64,000 bases of DNA from Octopus sinensis (Eukaryota): contig NC_043012.1 in assembly GCF_006345805.1 (NCBI RefSeq), forward strand, positions 4,340,001 to 4,404,000. The letters run 5' to 3'. The translations under genes were made by a program, and so were the position numbers. Positions within the stretch are counted from its first letter, which is position 1. Each line of letters begins with the position of its first letter. This document shows positions 50,090 through 62,440 of this stretch, piece after piece. A model generated the notes under the pieces. That model was not told the DNA's origin. It made no database searches and saw only the letters and a list, made by a program, of their open reading frames with translations.

Positions 50090-52580
50090 TTTTGTGTTTA
50101 AAACACACACCTCATTAGGATTATTGGTTGTATAAATGCACATGGCTTTGGGTCCCCTTGGAAACAAGGGTCCCTCTTAAATGACATCAAGTCTCACAAA
50201 TTAGAAATCATAGCCATAAGTGAGACCAGACTTCAAAATCCATGGGCCCTAAAGTCCATATTTGGCAGACAGTTTAACATTTATTTTTCTCCCTGTCTAC
50301 CAAGAATGGGCGATAGTGGCACCATGGTACTTTTTTGCAAGAGTCTGGATCTCAAGGTAAAGACAATATTCGTAGATCCGGAGGGTAGACTGATCATCGT
50401 AAATGTCGACTGCAGCAATGGGTGTGCCTTTTGACTTATATCAATCTATGCACCACCTTCAACAGGTTGGCTGGGTCTCTTTCAATGTCTAGAAGTATTC
50501 CTAGGTATGTCTCAACCTTTACTTTTAGTGAGGGATTGGAATGCTACCTTTGACATGCATCTAGACTATATGGGTACTGATAGAAATAGACGGGGATGCA
50601 AATACCTCAAAGACCTGCTCAGATGCTTTCAACTGTCTGACAGGTACTGACTCGACCACCCAAATGTGCCAACATGGACATGGAGCAATCACATAAGGTC
50701 GTCAAGATTGCATTGAGATAGAATACTGTGTAGGACAGTAGATAGAGATAGTGTAGGTTGTTCACAATTTCATATAGTCAGCTACACAGATCACAAATTT
50801 GTGACTTGTATGCTAAACTTAGATAAGACACATAGGCAGAGTCCTGGTTACTGGAAACTGAATGTCTTCTTCCCGTCAAGACAGGTTTACAGATATCAAA
50901 TTAGCACACTAAGGAAGAGGGCTTTGACAGGAGCCATCATCAACAACAAATGGTAGTTTGCCTTTAAAAGATCATTAAAAGCAGAATCTATTAGGTATAG
51001 TAAAGTCCTAGCAATAGATAGAAATAAAATAGGAGATCTAGTTAAGAAATTAGAAGAAGCAATTAGAAGTGGCATTGCATCCAGCGTATTGGTGGCGAGG
51101 TTGGCCCTTGATCAACACTTCAACGCCAAACACAAAGGATCTGTTGTCAGAGCTAGGATGCATGCTCTAAGAAACGAAGGTATTGGAGCTGCGTGGGGGG
51201 AACCAAAGCCTCTATTCGGTCTCTAATAGATGAACAGGGGCGCAAATTACTTGAGCTGAGAAAAATGTGTGAGGCCTTTCAACAGTACTTTACATGACTG
51301 TTTGGGACAACTGGCGAACCAGAATGCAGGGTGGGCTTCAGTGTCTACCTGCATAGCCTGCCATGACTCTCGTCAAGAGAGGCGGTGTGTTGTGAAGGTA
51401 CCATCACAGCAGTGGACATGCAGAATGCGATAGCAGACAGCTCGAGGAACAAATCACCGAGCTTGGATGGTTATATGCCAGACTTGTTTGGAGGCATCTT
51501 GGCAGCAGTCTACTGCAATTGGTAGCAAAACAGGAGTATCACCAGTTTTGTGAGCCGAGGAGCTGTAACACTGCTAAAGAAAGATCCAAACAAGGGGAGC
51601 ATAATAGATAACTTTAAGCCCATCACTCTGCTTAATGCAGATTTGAAAATTTTGGCCAAGTGTTTGCAGGGAAGTTGGCACTTGTCATTGAGAAACTGGT
51701 TGACAAGGTGAAAACATGCGCTGAGCTGGGCTGGAGCATCCATGACAACCTCCACCTCATGAGCTACATTATAGACAGGGTCGTTAAGGAACCTGGTATA
51801 AATGTGGTGCTGATCAATTTGGATCAATCCAAAGCTTTTGATAGGGTAGACCATTGATACTTGAAGGCTGTCCTCATAGCAGCTGGTTTTGGTCCCATTT
51901 TCCATGGTTGGATTGCTGCCTTATATAGCAGCATCCGTTCAATAGTTCGCATGAATGGGCATCTATCCAGACCATTTGACATTGCACGTTCAGTCTATCA
52001 GGGATTCCCCCTCTCGTCGCTCTGTATGTATTGACTTTCAAGCCACTACTGTGGAAGCTGGTGACATTGAGGGGCACCTCGCGAGAATTGGAATGTGGAA
52101 CAAGCATGTCTGCATATGCGGGCGATGTCACCATCATAGTGTCTAGCCATGGCCATATCGACCTGGTCTGCAAAACACTAAAAGAATATGAAGTGGTAAC
52201 AGGAGTGAAAATTAACCACGATCAGCGGGTTTGTGGCTCAGCACCTGGAGAAGCAATCCTGTGCCGTCCAACAGTGGGACACTGGACTGACGGACCAGTT
52301 AAATTGCTTGGGGTCTAGTTTGGTCCGGAACTCCAAACAGTTTTTCTTTCCACAGCTAAATCTAATGTGTTTTTTTACATTTTTACTCTTTTTTGATACA
52401 TGATTCCTTGTGATCATTCCTTTTTTTTTTACACAATCCCTTTTCATTGGAAATTCATTTTCTCCTTTTTTTCTTCTATTTTCTGTTTTCTTTCGAAAAA
52501 AAAAGCTCTACATTGTATTTTGTCTCCTCTGTGTTTGGCCCAGTGTGGCTAATAAAGGAAGTTATTTGTCTGTCTGTCTG
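50090..52580 (+). mobile_element. Degenerate L1/Tx1-clade LINE (APE endonuclease and RT, C-terminus deleted, 3' UTR)
   Basis: IIGCINAHG..IIAISETRL, TWTWSN, YTDHKFV, SPGYWKLN, FKPITLLNADLKILAK, LINLDQSKAFDRVDH, QGFPLS, SAYAGDVT; T-rich 3' region with AATAAA near 52551 followed by (TGTC)n. Many stops. Confidence 0.85.
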
Positions 52581-52959
52581 TCTATCTTGCGTGTCTTTTG
52601 TCATCATCTCCTCCAACACAGAAACAACAGAGAGCTATAGTTCTCAGTCTTCACTACGAAAACCCATAGAATTTCCATGGGTTTGGCTCTGCCAAGGTTG
52701 ACTTTGCCTTTTATCCTTTTGGGGTTGATAAATTAAGTACCAGTTGAGTACTGGGGTCGATGTGAACGACTGTCCCCCTCCCTAGAAAATCCAAGCCTTG
52801 TGCTGATATAGGAAAGAATTATCATCATCATAATATTTTTCTCTTTATTTTTGACACAAATATTCAGAAGCTGAGAGCTTATTGAGGTTTGCAACATTTA
52901 TTAAGACATAATTTTTATTTACAAATCTGAAATACATAGACAAATATGTGTGTACATAC

Positions 52960-53162
52960 ATGTATATGTAAGTATGTTTGTGTGTGTGTATGTGAGTGTG
53001 TGTGTCAGTAAATATATGTTTTTTGAATTGAAATATTAAACTTTGTAAATATCTGAGTTAATGTTTCCAATTCCAGAATGAAATCTGATCATATGGTCTT
53101 TTAAGTCTTTGCAGTTAAGTGTTTCCATATATATAATATATATGTATATATACATATATATG

Positions 53163-53208
<46 letters not shown>

Positions 53209-53229
53209 CACATATATATATACATATAT

Positions 53230-53271
<42 letters not shown>

Positions 53272-53358
53272 TATATATATATACATATAATATATATATA
53301 TTATATATATACATATAATACATATATATACATATATATACATATATATAAATATATA

Positions 53359-53413
<55 letters not shown>

Positions 53414-53434
53414 CACACACACATATATATATAC

Positions 53435-53485
<51 letters not shown>

Positions 53486-53680
53486 CACACACATATATAT
53501 ATATGTACATATATATACATACATACATATATATATATACACACACATATATATATATTATATATACACATATATATACATATATACATACATATATATA
53601 CATATATACATATATATACATACATACATATATATATTTTTATATATATATATATATGTATATATAAATATATATCTATG

Positions 53681-53712
<32 letters not shown>

Positions 53713-53850
53713 ACATACATAAATATGTATATGCGTATATATGCACATAGAAATATTCAAATATAGGTATTTTTTAACGTAACATACACAAACATATACA
53801 CTCTGTGCATTATGTATTTTATTAATATATATATATATATTATGTAACAA
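52960..53850. repeat. Compound (TA)n/(CA)n microsatellite block
   Basis: Directly visible; explains the YIYI-rich spurious ORFs. Confidence 0.95.
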
Positions 53851-54041
53851 CAAATATATATTACAGGTAAATAAATATTAAGATGTGTGTGATTGTGTAT
53901 GAGATATAACATGTAACATGTGACATCATCATCATCATCATCATCATCTTCATCATCATCATCATAATCGTTTTTACACTTTTCATGTTGGCATGGGTGT
54001 GATTATATATTATGTGCATGTGCATGTGGTATTTATATATA

Positions 54042-54077
<36 letters not shown>

Positions 54078-54809
54078 GTGTGTGTGTGTGTGTGTGTGTG
54101 TGCAAGTGTGTTTCAGACAGAGAGAAAGAGAATCATGTAGAAAAACAAGCTCCTGGTGTTTTGAAACAACATATTTAAGCTACGTAAAATATATTTTAAA
54201 ATTTATGTAAAAATATAATTTACGTTCTATTCAAAGATATACAATACATTACTGAAGGAGTACTTGTTTAATTACCATTAGATTATTATTATAGTTCTTG
54301 TTACTTTTATTGTTTAGCCCCAGAACAAAACTGGTTATGTAGATCTATGATTAAAATCATTCAAGCTGTGATCATCCAGGTTTTCTTTTTTTTTTTTTTC
54401 TGTAAGTAGAGTGTACATAGAACTACATTTTGTAATATGTCCTTTATCTTCCTTCAGATGGAAGGGTCTAATTCTGATGGAGATTTGGTTTCTAAAAGAT
54501 CAAGGGATCATATTTATTAAGCTGGTCTATTTGGTATGCCAGTTCTTTCATGTGTGCGTGTATGTATGTGTTGATGGTTGTCTATGCTGCTAATTTTTTT
54601 GAAAGATGATTTTTTTAGTTGTAAATTTTACATATCTAACTCAACTATGATTATTAAATGTCAGACTGGTCAAGACAGCTGAGAGCCCTACCACCACCAC
54701 ACCACCACCACCACCACCACCACCACCACACCACCACCACCACCACCGCCGCCGCCGCCATCACCACCACTGTAACATCTTCATCTTCATGTTCTGGTAG
54801 AAATAACTT

Positions 54810-57020
54810 AGGCTAGCGAGCTGGCAGAAGCGTTAGCACGCCAGGCGAAATGCTTAACGGTGTTTCGTCTGCCTCTACATTCTGAGTTCAAATTCCGCCG
54901 AGGTCGACTTTGCCTTTCATCCTTTTGAGGTCAATTAAATAAATACCAGTTATGCACTGGGGTTGATATAATCGACTTAATCCGTTTGCCTGGCCTTGTT
55001 TGTCCACTCTGTGTGTAACCCCTTGTGGGCAGTAAAGAAATAAGAAATAACATTGGTAGAACACCAGACCAACGATAATTCTGGAAGGTCTGGAAAAATA
55101 CTGGTTCTTAAATTGAGCAAAATCACCTCAAAATCCAGTTCTGGTAGGACCTCCCATACTGGACAGATCAAAGGACAGAGGCTAGAGTAATATGGACCAC
55201 TCCTTCTTAAAGGTAAAAATGAGTTTGCGTAGGGCCAGCACCTCTACCTAGAAAAACAAGCAAAGTTAATGAAGTATCAATGATAAACCAAAACTAGCTA
55301 GACTTAAGAAATGAAAGAATTCTTTCAGGGAATAATGGAAGAAAGTCGTCAATGGCCTGTACTCCAGAGGAAGTGAAAGGCTTATGGAACTTAGTTAATT
55401 TGGCACAAGGTAAAAACTTTAGGAGAGAGGAACATTATTGATAAATGTCAATCTCATCACATGACTTGCCTCTCATTTTACCAATCGCAGAAAGATAAAC
55501 AACAAAATTGACCTCAATTGGATTTGAACTCAGAATGTAAGGGATGTGACTAAAAATTGTAAAGCATTTTGATGTTCTACCAATTCTGCTAATTTTCCTA
55601 AAGCCCAGAAAAATATTGGTTTCAAATTTTGGCACAAGGCCAGCAATTTTGGGTGGTGGGAGTAAGTCAATTACATCAACTCCTGTGCTCAACTTGTAGC
55701 TATTTTATCAAACCCCAAAAATGGCAAAGTTGACCTCAGCACAATTTGAACCTAGAATGTGATGACATACAAAATGCTGCTAACCACTCTGCCCAACTTG
55801 CTAATGACTCTGCTGACTCTCTATCTTACAGTTCAGAAAAATATTAAAAAATTTAGAAATATTATTATTTCTAAGTCTCTCTAAAGGAGACTACGGCAGC
55901 GGTACAGGATATTAATAGTTATCACCAAGCTAATATGGCAGTCCAGGAATATAGGATGAATGCTGCTGTTGATTAGCTCCAAGAGGTCATTGCCTCTAAC
56001 TAGCTATGTGACACACGAACCTGTGTCCATTAACAAATTATTTTACTGAAATGTGGGATAAGCAAATTGCAAAACTCAGATTTTGGTGATGTGAGAATGC
56101 CTGCAATAAAAAGTGTAATGGAAATATCTAACATCAGAACAAGGTCTGAAATTCTTGGAAAAAGAAACAGTTGATTATTTTGATTCTAGTTCTTGGATTG
56201 TAATTCTTATTTAAGTATATTGAAGAAATATAGACATTGTCTATTTGAACGAGATTCAAACTATGAAATTCACTATCATTAACTATTACAATTACTTCTT
56301 ATTTAGGCCCAAGGTTGGTAATTTTGAGCAGGAAAGGGTTAGCTGACACTTTAATGATGTTGCTAACCCACTACAGAAAATGTATTTCATGACAGGGAAG
56401 GATAAAGAACATGTTATTGTGAAGGAACTGTGTTTGCTAGATCTGCTACGATGAATGATATTTTGCTTTTGTTTAGAGATCAATAAATTTAAACCACTAA
56501 TGACCCCAGTACTTTACTGGTACTTTTTCCTATCAATTATGAAAGTCAACTTTTTATGTAATTTAAACGACCAATACCACTCCCTTTGCCTTAACAATAA
56601 TAATTTCTAATTTAGGTACAAAGTTCAGCATGTTAGCCAATTAAATGTACTTCAGTACTTGACTGGGACTTTATTTCATTGACCCTGGAGTAGTGAAAGA
56701 CAAAATTGCCTTTAGTGGAATTTGAACTTGTATGTAATATAAAGAATTAGGACTAATTCTGCAAGACATTTTTACCAATGCTTTTAATGATTCTGCTAAA
56801 CCCTCACCCATATGTTCCTTTCTACTATTACTGCAAGGCCTGGAAATTTGGGGGAGGGAGCTAGTTGATTACATTGACCCCCAGAGCTCAACTGGTACTT
56901 ATTTCATTGATCCCAAAAAGATGAAAGGTAAAGTGGACTTTGAATTTGAACTTAGTGTGTAGAGAGATGGAAAAATGCTGCAAAGCAGTTTGTCTGACAT
57001 GCTAATGGTTCCGCCAACTC
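54810..57020. mobile_element. SINE family B copies (+ ~54810-55050; - ~55410-55830; - ~56590-57020)
   Basis: Family B motifs in both orientations. Confidence 0.7.
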
Positions 57021-57385
57021 ACCACCTTCTGTAATAATTTCTAACATTGTGGCAAAGCCAGACAGTTTGTAAAAAAAACAAAAAAAAAACAGTAACAGTT
57101 GATAATTCTGGCTCCAGACCTTCACTAGTGCTAGTTTTAACAAACCCTGAAAATATGAAAGACCAAAGCAGCCCTAGCAGGACTTGAACCCCAAAACACG
57201 ATTAATTGTAATTGAACTCTGACACTTTAAAGATGCCGCCAATCCATTACAGAAAACGTATTTCATGACATTAAGAGCATAGGGAAGGATAAAGGACATG
57301 TTATTACGAAGGAACTTCTATGTGTTTGCTAAATCTGCTACAATGAATATTTTACTTTTATTTAGAGATCAATAAAGTTAGACCA
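56343..57385. repeat. Two diverged direct copies of a ~150-bp sequence (56343-56500 and 57218-57385)
   Basis: CTGACACTTTAA...CAGAAAA(T/C)GTATTTCATGACA...GGGAAGGATAAAG...TTTAGAGATCAATAAA occurs twice. Confidence 0.7.
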
Positions 57386-57841
57386 TTGTTATTAGGTTTA
57401 TAAACTAACATACATAATTTTCCTAGCTTAGCCCTTTGCCATATGTATGCATGTATGTTTATATATGTGTGTGTGTGTGTAACATGTCTATTCATTCTGA
57501 GGATCCCAAATGTATCCTAATATAATCCTTATTGTCCTTTGTACACCCTGCTGATTTTCCATACAAGGTATTTAAAATTTAAAATTATATATTTATATAT
57601 ATTTTGTAATTTTAATTTTGTTTGTGAAATGAAACAATTGTAGGGGAATATGTTGATTAATTAATAAATTAATTTGTATCTATTAGATCACTCTGTTTTC
57701 TAACTCAATAAAAATGTCTGATACCTTACGATATTTTACAAAATATATTCATTGAAGAAATTTCTCTTCACAATACAATATATTAAACCAGTGTATCTTG
57801 GATAAAAATATCCATATAAGAGGTTTAAATATCCTCATTGT

Positions 57842-57890
<49 letters not shown>

Positions 57891-57901
57891 ATATATATAT
57901 A

Positions 57902-57952
<51 letters not shown>

Positions 57953-58215
57953 TAGTAAGGTATGTAATTCCAAACTTACAGGGAAAAATTCAATTTAGCA
58001 ATTCTAAATCAAATTTCACAATATATAATATATGTATATAATTAAGAGAAATAAGCTCTATTAAGTAATTCAATAGCGAAAGACATTATCTATAATATAT
58101 AGAAAAAATTTAAATATGATAAATATTATGCAAAAAATCAATAAATTAAATAAACATTAAATTGACTATGCACGTTTCCTGATTATATCGTTAAATTGAT
58201 GATAATAATAAAATC

Positions 58216-58360
58216 GATATTATTAAAATTTGATTTTAAAATATAGCCACTCTTCAGGTCTAAAATAATTATAGAATTAATGTTTGATATTATTAAAATT
58301 AATTTGATTTAAAAATATAGCCACTCTTCAGGTCTAAAATAAAAATAAAATTAATGTATG
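58216..58360. repeat. Tandem duplication of a ~74-bp unit carrying CTGAAGAG on the - strand
   Basis: TAGCCACTCTTCAGGTCTAAAAT occurs twice with a 74-bp period (TCTTCAG at 58251 and 58325). Confidence 0.75.
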
Positions 58361-58485
58361 TATCTTAACATATAATAATTAACAAATAAATATACATATC
58401 TTAACAATAAATAATTGAATAAAATATAAGAATATTAATGAAAAAAAAATCATAACTTATCTTACTGAAGAATTCCAGTTATATA

Positions 58486-58531
<46 letters not shown>

Positions 58532-58536
58532 TATAT

Positions 58537-58588
<52 letters not shown>

Positions 58589-58596
58589 TATAATAT

Positions 58597-58633
<37 letters not shown>

Positions 58634-58855
58634 GCATACACACACATGCACTATTTCAACAGATTGAACAACTATAGAAAATCCAAATTCGTATGTATGT
58701 AAGTATGCATATATATATATGCACACACACATATACCTTTACATATATACTTAAAGTTCATTAAAGTTAAAGATAAGACTTGAGATCAGATGAAATAAAA
58801 TTTAATCAATTAACACAGTTTTATTTGAACATTCAACAAAGAAATGTCCTATACA

Positions 58856-58933
<78 letters not shown>

Positions 58934-59120
58934 GATTATATATATATATATATACATACATATATGTTTGTGTGTGTGTGTATGTGTGCATGTGTGCACA
59001 TGCATGAAACCTTAAGAAAAAGGAATGTCAGGAAAAATAGAATGTCTGATGAAATTTATACATTTTTTCACCCCATTTTGTATGTTTGTTGAATTATTAT
59101 CATTATTATTATTATTATTA

Positions 59121-59159
<39 letters not shown>

Positions 59160-59279
59160 CATAATTATTATTAGCTGTAGTAGTAGTAATAGTTACAGTA
59201 AGAATAGTAGTAGTATAACACAACCATAACAAGTAACAGTGGGACATCCCTGTTTTTTTTGTTTTTTATTTGTGTTCAT

Positions 59280-59321
<42 letters not shown>

Positions 59322-59340
59322 CCTCTTTTGATTTAGTAAT

Positions 59341-59761
59341 TTACTTGGTCATCAGCTTCTGATATCTTTGAATTCTTCGCTTTATCTCCTCTTCCTGTTC
59401 TTTCTCTTCCTCTTCACGCAGCAGATGCAACAAGTTGCTCATTTCACTCATCTGTTCATCATTTTGCATTTCCTCGTCTTCTCCTTTTGCTTTTTCCACT
59501 TCCTCACCCACACCCTCGCCATCTTCAGCTTTGCTTTCCTTTTCATTCTGCAAAATCTCTTGAGCATAATACGTGCCAGATTCTGGTTCAACACTTATTG
59601 TATCTGGAGCATTCGACATCTTGAAGCGTCGCTGGAAATAGAAATTCCTCCAAGACCAGCGCAATGGACCTGGTGACATGCAGTAATTATCTTCTGGAAT
59701 ATGGGCACCATCAACGTAGTACATCACGTAGAAATTGCACATCTCATTATTTTGGGTTGGT
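59341..59761 (-). CDS. PHM: Peptidylglycine alpha-hydroxylating monooxygenase (PHM/PAM family), C-terminal exon
   Basis: Acceptor TTAACAG| at 59763-62, phase 2; (G)PTQNNEMCNFYVMYYVDG..YCMSPGP..WSW carries the EMCNxY motif with the CuM Met ligand of PHM, then an acidic tail and stop at 59341-43. Upstream exons were not found and probably lie beyond the window. Confidence 0.88.
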
Positions 59762-60699
59762 CTGTTAATTTTAATCATGCATTTTATGCATTTGTTTTAG
59801 AAGAAAAAAAAGATATAGAAAGAGAAAAAATGATAATTAGAAAATTTTAAAAACATAAGTTTGTTTTAGCATGTTTAAACATATTATATTTCTGTAAAGG
59901 GGAAGAAGGGCAAAGATCCCCTTCATTCATAAATGACCATGGGATTGCACCTAGAAAGTTCCCCTCCGAGGCACAAATCTGGGCAAGGTTGATTATGGAA
60001 GACCAGAAGTCGCCCATGAATACCAACCAACCTCTCCTCTCCATGCCACCAATGTTACCCAAGGGTAAGGCAGATACAGCTTGACACCAGTGACATTGCA
60101 ACTCATTTCCACAGCTGAGTATATTACTGTATTTGACAGCATTTAAGACGCACATTTTTTCTCCCCCCAAAATGTCTCAACAATTCCCTTGGTCCTATAT
60201 GCAAAGTTGGGCCTCCCATAAACTTAAATGAACTAAAAACGTTTTTCCTTGAATATGGGTTGCTGAAATTAGAATGCATATAATATAACCATCGCTCTTT
60301 CGTGCTATCAGATGTGGTATATTATGGGAAATTCAGGATAGTATCGAAGGCTGATCTCAAAATGCTGAGTCTTAGAAAAGAGATGACAGAGGACTGAGAT
60401 ATGTGATACATTGCTGTACAAAAGATTACCTACTCACCACAACAGAATTGAGATCCTGAGGCCAAGGTGCCACATAAAAAGCACTGGTGTGAGTATTAGT
60501 ATCACGTAAAAAGCAGCCGGTACACTCTGTGAAGTGGCTGATGTTAGGAAGGGCACCAGCTGTAGAAAGCAAGCCAAAGACAGTATGGAACCTGGTGTGG
60601 CCCCACTGGCCTTGCCAGTTCCTGTCCAGCCATCTGACCCATGTCAGCATGGAAAATGAATGTTACATGTTGTTGATGATGGCAATATAATGTACACTT

Positions 60700-60950
60700 G
60701 AGAGCATTCCATCAACAACAATTTGTCCTGATATAGTTATCTTCAGGGTTTCTGCCCTACCAGTAATAAGAGGAGAAATGACTTCAACCAATATGTCCCA
60801 GGGCATATGAAGACAGTTCATGACAGAAAGCTTGCTAGATACAAGGAGCTAGTAAAACAGAGAGGCTGAAGCTGATGAGCATGTGTGAATGAGATGAAGT
60901 AGACTGTTGGACTGGGGTGAAAAGGCAAGGCTAACTATACCTGGAATCAT
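60700..60950 (+). mobile_element. Remnant of an RLE-type (R2/NeSL-like) non-LTR retrotransposon endonuclease
   Basis: CPDIVIF then, after a frameshift, HMKTVHDRKLARYKELVKQRG, resembling RPDIVI...ELT...AHERKxxKYxxL...GW. Confidence 0.5.
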
Positions 60951-62049
60951 TGGTGCAGAGAAGAGACGGTGGGGACATATCCATCACTGAATCTAAAGTA
61001 AAAGTTACTGGTCAGAATGAAAAGGCACGTGACTTAGGGGTTGGGATGTTGTACTCATGACCCCTAGATCGTGGGTTCAATTCCCTGACCAGGTGGCACA
61101 TTGTGTTCTTGAGCAAAACAGTTCATTTCACATTGCTCCAGTCCTCTTGGGTGTAAATGGGTAACCCTGCAATGGCCTGGCATGCTAGGGTGAGATGGTG
61201 ACTCAAGAAAATCACCTAAACAAAGGCCCTTGAACCACATTTTGTATTCACTGACCAAGAGGATGAATAGTGCAAACCTGTTCTGTGAATCTCAACCACT
61301 TCAAAATATGATGATAATGATGAAAAATTAAAGGCTGATTCTGGATAAAGAGGGGAGACCCATAGTTTGTTGTTGTTGGGATGTCAGCCAGGGCTTTATC
61401 GACCCTGTCTAATCTGGGGCAACTAGGCAAGGAGTTCTGATGTTAAAAAGACTTGAAATGCTGTGTGGTCCCAGGAACTTCATTGATCATACATTCAGAG
61501 TCTCTGTGAGATGTTCCTCAAACCCATGATAATAATACATGCATACACACACACACACATATATACATATACACATACATACATGCAAAGATATATACAT
61601 ACATATATATTTGCAATGGGCTGCTTTCAGCGTCTGTTTACCAAATCTACTCGCAAAAACTTTTGGTTGGCCCAGGACTATAGTAGCAACACTTGGCCAA
61701 GGCTTCACATAGTGGGACATGATCCCCAAACACTGTAACCGGGAAACAAATTTTTTAACCATACAGCCATGCTTGTATCTCATGAAATAAAATAACAAAA
61801 AACGATAGTTACCCAATAAAGATATCATGACTTTCCTTATTGACCATGGTACAGCGAGCAGCCTGAAAAATCAATATTTCAATAATGAGCAACATAAATA
61901 TAAACATACACACACATACACACAGACACACACACAGACACACACGCACAGACAGACACAGGCACCGACACACACACACTCATGTATTTATGACATATAT
62001 ATGTCTATTTGATATATATATATATATATATATACAAATTCTATGACTG

Positions 62050-62440
62050 GCATCAGTGCTAGTGGAGAGCTAAGAGCACCATCCGAGTTTGATCATTACC
62101 AGTGGCACTTTACTGGCACTTGTGCCAGTGGCATGTGAAAAAACATTCAAGCGAGGTTGTTGCCAGTGCTGCTGGACTAGCCCCTGTGCAGGTGGCACGT
62201 ATAAAACACCATTTGAGCGTGGCCATTGCCAGTACCGCCTGACTGGCCCTCATGCTGGTGGCATGTAAAAGCACCCATTACACTCTCGGAGTGGTTGGCA
62301 TTAGGAAGGGCATCCAGCTCTAGAAACTCTGCCAGATCAGATTGGAGCCCAGTGCAGCCATCTGGTTCGCCAATCCTCAGTCAAATCATCCAACCCATGC
62401 TAGCATGGAAAGCAGACATTAAACGATGATGATGATGATA
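62050..62440 (+). mobile_element. RTE 3' UTR-derived repeat (family C)
   Basis: Similar to 31060-31467; ends GCATGGAAAGCAGACATTAAAC(GAT)n. Confidence 0.75.

Noticed and set aside
53036-53746. Long YIYI/ICVC ORFs (also 30021-30508, 58457-59092, 63608-63955)
   Set aside because: Products of (TA)n, (CA)n and (AAT)n microsatellites.
59341-59778. Neuropeptide precursor or standalone 145-aa gene
   Set aside because: Dibasic sites suggested this at first, but EMCNFYVMYY and a phase-2 acceptor at 59762 identify an internal-start exon of PHM; the ATG at 59778 is intronic.
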